From: a virus
Taxonomy: Duplodnaviria > Caudoviricetes
Strand: one strand, 5' to 3'
DNA length: 64,000 bases
Virus record (IMG/VR): IMGVR_UViG_3300025608_000017
Coordinates: 1 to 64,000 of that record
Shown here: positions 61,407 to 64,000 of the stretch, in pieces
How positions within the stretch are numbered: the stretch's first letter is position 1
Layout of the letters: the number at the start of each line of letters is the position of its first letter
Made by a program: the position numbers and the translations under genes
The notes under the pieces: model-generated
What the model was told of the DNA's origin: nothing
Seen by the model: only the letters and a program-made list of their open reading frames with translations
Database searches by the model: none

Positions 61407-62234
61407 TTATATCCAATTGTCTATTACCCATTGATCTTTGCAGTTGTGCGGATTAGGATCACCATGAAATACTGCTACACTTGTTGCATCTTTAATCACA
61501 GGATCGCCGTTCTTTTCAAAGTCACGCTGTCCCCTAGGCTTGTTGTTGTAACGAGGTTTGCCACGCATTTCCCACTTGTAGCTTTCGATCCATTCATCAG
61601 GCCAATATGCATAAGTGCCATCTTTAACAGTTGCTCGAATCCAGTCTTGATCACCGTGATAGCGTCTGATAGGAATGTTTGGGCTTTTGATAAAGTCTGT
61701 GTACACTGCACTGTGTTGTCCGGTATTAAGCCTAAAAATACTGCTATTAAATTTGTTGTAGTTACGTATCATAGATCTATTAAAATCACGTATGATACAG
61801 AATTTTCCCGGCTCATATGTAAACAGGTGATCGATATTTCTAAAGATCACAACATCAAGGTCAAAGAAAAGAATTGTCCCGTTTAAACCTAGTTTGGGAT
61901 TAAAGAACATAGGCTTATACCACCAACCTTGTACACCTGCAATTGGCGGCAACGGCTCAATTCTAATCTCACTGTCAATGTCTGTAGGATTTTCTGTATA
62001 GCACACAAACTCAAACGGAACTGTTAAGTTACGCTTTACCATAGAGTAAAGTTTATTAACATATTCCGCCGAGTATTTGTTGCCGTACTTTAAACAGACT
62101 ACATAATTATTTCTAGTTGTTCTCAATGGTGTAGTAGAAGGCAAAGAATTACTTACTGATTTCTTTTTTTCTTTGTCGAGTGCTTTTCTTGCTCGACGCT
62201 GATCCTTAGTTTCTCCATTGATATACTTTTTCAT
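61407..62234 (-). CDS. GT-A fold glycosyltransferase
   Basis: CLKYGNKY, WYKPMFF, FFDLDVVI (DxD), NSSI, GDQDWI, VFHGDPNPH (GT8-like). Confidence 0.75.
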   Translation of the reverse strand: MKKYINGETKDQRRARKALDKEKKKSVSNSLPSTTPLRTTRNNYVVCLKYGNKYSAEYVNKLYSMVKRNLTVPFEFVCYTENPTDIDSEIRIEPLPPIAGVQGWWYKPMFFNPKLGLNGTILFFDLDVVIFRNIDHLFTYEPGKFCIIRDFNRSMIRNYNKFNSSIFRLNTGQHSAVYTDFIKSPNIPIRRYHGDQDWIRATVKDGTYAYWPDEWIESYKWEMRGKPRYNNKPRGQRDFEKNGDPVIKDATSVAVFHGDPNPHNCKDQWVIDNWI

Positions 62235-62683
62235 TATGCTTCGTAGATAGCTGAGTTAGCGCCGTGCTCTGCACATTCTACCTTTACACAATAACAACGA
62301 CCGTCTGTTGCTTCTCGAATCAGTTTGTCAGCAAAGTAAAATGCGTGTTCTGCAAACTTCTCTGCACCTACACCGCCAAACTCTCTTACTTCACATAATC
62401 CTTTTTCTTGTAGATCATAAAAGTCTTGTTTGTGTGGATCGTTAAAGTCTACACATAGTTTGTGATCGAAGTTTTCTTCCAGCCATGCTTTGAGTGGCTT
62501 TAGCCCACCAAAGTCTACTGCCCAGTTTTTATTGTCTAGATAATCACATCCAAATGTAAATGTAAATGCTAGACTGTAACCGTGTAGTAGATGACAGTGT
62601 GAATGATCTGCGTTAGGTTGACGGAACACCGCTGATAGTCCGATGTTGTGTCCGTAGTGTTTTGTGCTTAGATGTCTTGCCAT
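62234..62683 (-). CDS. queD: 6-carboxy-5,6,7,8-tetrahydropterin synthase
   Basis: CHLLHGY (CxxxHGY), VDFGGLK, FDH, AEKFAE, EHGANSA. Confidence 0.88.
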   Translation of the reverse strand: MARHLSTKHYGHNIGLSAVFRQPNADHSHCHLLHGYSLAFTFTFGCDYLDNKNWAVDFGGLKPLKAWLEENFDHKLCVDFNDPHKQDFYDLQEKGLCEVREFGGVGAEKFAEHAFYFADKLIREATDGRCYCVKVECAEHGANSAIYEA

Positions 62684-62746
62684 ATATTTCTCCTATTAAA
62701 TATGCGGCGGCAGAGTTAGAAGGGTTGACGCCAAGTCCTTATACTA

Positions 62747-62775
62747 AGTATACTACAAACTACTTATGTTGTCAA
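62747..62775 (-). promoter_or_regulatory. sigma70 promoter TTGACA-N17-TATACT for queD operon
   Basis: Near-consensus, giving a leader of about 57 nt. Confidence 0.75.
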
Positions 62776-63334
62776 CCTTTACATTAGGATATTTCCAGGC
62801 TTTTGGCAGTTGCCAGTTATCTAGCTGATGTATAATAAAATTAGTATTTGAAAAATGTTGAAATATTTTACCTATTTGATAGATCCAGTATCTTGGATCA
62901 ACTGCATTCTTGTGTGCAAGAGAATAATTTGTTGTATCTTTGTATATATTGTTGACTTTGTTGTCTATGCTGTACAAATCGAAGCCTATTAAATGTATGT
63001 CATCTGTTGTCAACTTTGCTGCTAGTAGCACAGCATATGGCCCAGCTCCCCAATGTATAGGATCGTCAGGACGTTCGCTACCTGCATAAGGCAAGTCCGG
63101 AACCATTCGTATGTTCTTTACTGATTTATAATTTACAAAATGGTTTTTGCGAGTATGCACTTTTGCATGCTTATGATAAAATTTATCAAATGCTTCGACT
63201 AGCATACGTTTGTCAACACATATTAAATGATCTACTTTAGTATCCCTTAGTATTGCATTACAGCCTATTTTGGTATACTCCAAAGACTCGAGATCTATGC
63301 CGTGACGGCTTTCACCATTTCCAATTACTAACAT
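62753..63334 (-). CDS. Rossmann-like protein (DUF115/sialyltransferase-like)
   Basis: LVIGNGES...GCNA...LICVD...LIGFD. Confidence 0.5.
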   Translation of the reverse strand: MLVIGNGESRHGIDLESLEYTKIGCNAILRDTKVDHLICVDKRMLVEAFDKFYHKHAKVHTRKNHFVNYKSVKNIRMVPDLPYAGSERPDDPIHWGAGPYAVLLAAKLTTDDIHLIGFDLYSIDNKVNNIYKDTTNYSLAHKNAVDPRYWIYQIGKIFQHFSNTNFIIHQLDNWQLPKAWKYPNVKVDNISSL

Positions 63335-63342
63335 AATGTTAT

Positions 63343-63648
63343 TTACTTTTTAATTTCGTTGACTTCTTTTTTAATATCAACTACTTCTTCAACAACTATA
63401 TCAAGTTTTTCTGAAGTTTTGCCAAGCACACTTGTGACACCTGCAATAGTGTACAGTGCCCACCACCACCAAACCACACTAACTGCAAACATTAGTGTTG
63501 CACCAATAGTGAGTGTTACATGATAATATGATCGTAAGCCGATAAATTCTAAGAAGAACAAGCCTGCGAGAGCAACTAAGGGCAGCACAGTTGCCGCCCA
63601 TGCCCATATACTAATTTGCGATAATGCTCGCTTGTGAAATTCTTTCAA
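63343..63648 (-). CDS. membrane protein
   Basis: Two TM helices plus a coiled C-terminus. Confidence 0.6.
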   Translation of the reverse strand: MKEFHKRALSQISIWAWAATVLPLVALAGLFFLEFIGLRSYYHVTLTIGATLMFAVSVVWWWWALYTIAGVTSVLGKTSEKLDIVVEEVVDIKKEVNEIKK

Positions 63649-63716
63649 TTGTATTAGCCCTTTGTATTATTAATATATATATTTAACTAAAGTTATTGTT
63701 TAATTATAATACTATT

Positions 63717-64000
63717 TTATGAGCTAATTTGACCAAATGCTTTCCATTCGCCTGGAGTGCCTTCACGTACACACACCCATCCTACATAACCTGTTGCTAC
63801 TGCCTTTGTATTGTATACAATATCGCCTTGACGGTAAGTTCCACTTGAAGGAATAGCAGTGCCTGTCATTATTTTTGTGCCTGATACTTCAATGCCGTTA
63901 GCAGTTGCAAAGCTGACATCTTCTGATACATTATTAACACCTACACCTAACTTACCATGTACACTCACTCGTGCATCAGATCTTCCGTTCCTGCCAAACT
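63717..64000 (-). CDS. C-terminus of a tail-fibre-like protein (truncated by the window edge)
   Basis: GKLGVGV...GDIVYN...GWVC...GEWKAFG. Confidence 0.6.
   Translation of the reverse strand, partial: FGRNGRSDARVSVHGKLGVGVNNVSEDVSFATANGIEVSGTKIMTGTAIPSSGTYRQGDIVYNTKAVATGYVGWVCVREGTPGEWKAFGQISS

Noticed and set aside
1-64000. Stop-codon reassignment as in some large phages
   Set aside because: Conserved genes are full-length under code 11, and TAA, TAG and TGA all end genes.
1-64000. tRNA, rRNA, CRISPR array, integrase or transposase
   Set aside because: Intergenic gaps are too short, and I saw no cloverleaf, repeat-spacer pattern or recombinase motifs by eye.

Overview
This is a 64-kb segment of a large T4-like (myovirus-type, probably jumbo) dsDNA bacteriophage. 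It is gene-dense, almost entirely minus-strand and uses the standard genetic code. I found no tRNA, rRNA or CRISPR array. The gene content (FdxA, IscA, ClpA, GapR/DsbA-like, spanins) suggests a Gram-negative, probably aquatic proteobacterial host (inference). Modules from left to right: (1) 1-9.1 kb, a 7-deazaguanine DNA-modification locus (DpdA-like transglycosylase, DpdL-motif QueD-like protein) embedded among a GT-B glycosyltransferase, two sugar/polyol oxidoreductases, an epimerase, a PMM-like HAD enzyme and a cytidylyltransferase, plus the sliding clamp. (2) Family-B DNA polymerase, DsbA/GapR-like protein and a B12 radical SAM enzyme. (3) 14.8-21 kb, a cluster of probable capsid-internal proteins sharing an N-terminal M-x-h-x-E-h-x-E motif. 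(4) DnaJ-ClpA and the lysis cassette. (5) PhoH, nucleotide metabolism, clamp loader, GroES and a stand-alone DnaE fragment. (6) 37.8-56.4 kb, baseplate/tail genes including an S8 protease and a 2913-aa protein with four phycobiliprotein-like C-x-R-D repeats. (7) IscA, a secreted heme-c/type-II copper monooxygenase, UvdE and a queD-glycosyltransferase-2OG oxygenase operon. The best candidate for a new system is a sugar- or polyol-hypermodified 7-deazaguanine pathway. All family calls come from motif recognition by eye; no database searches were run.
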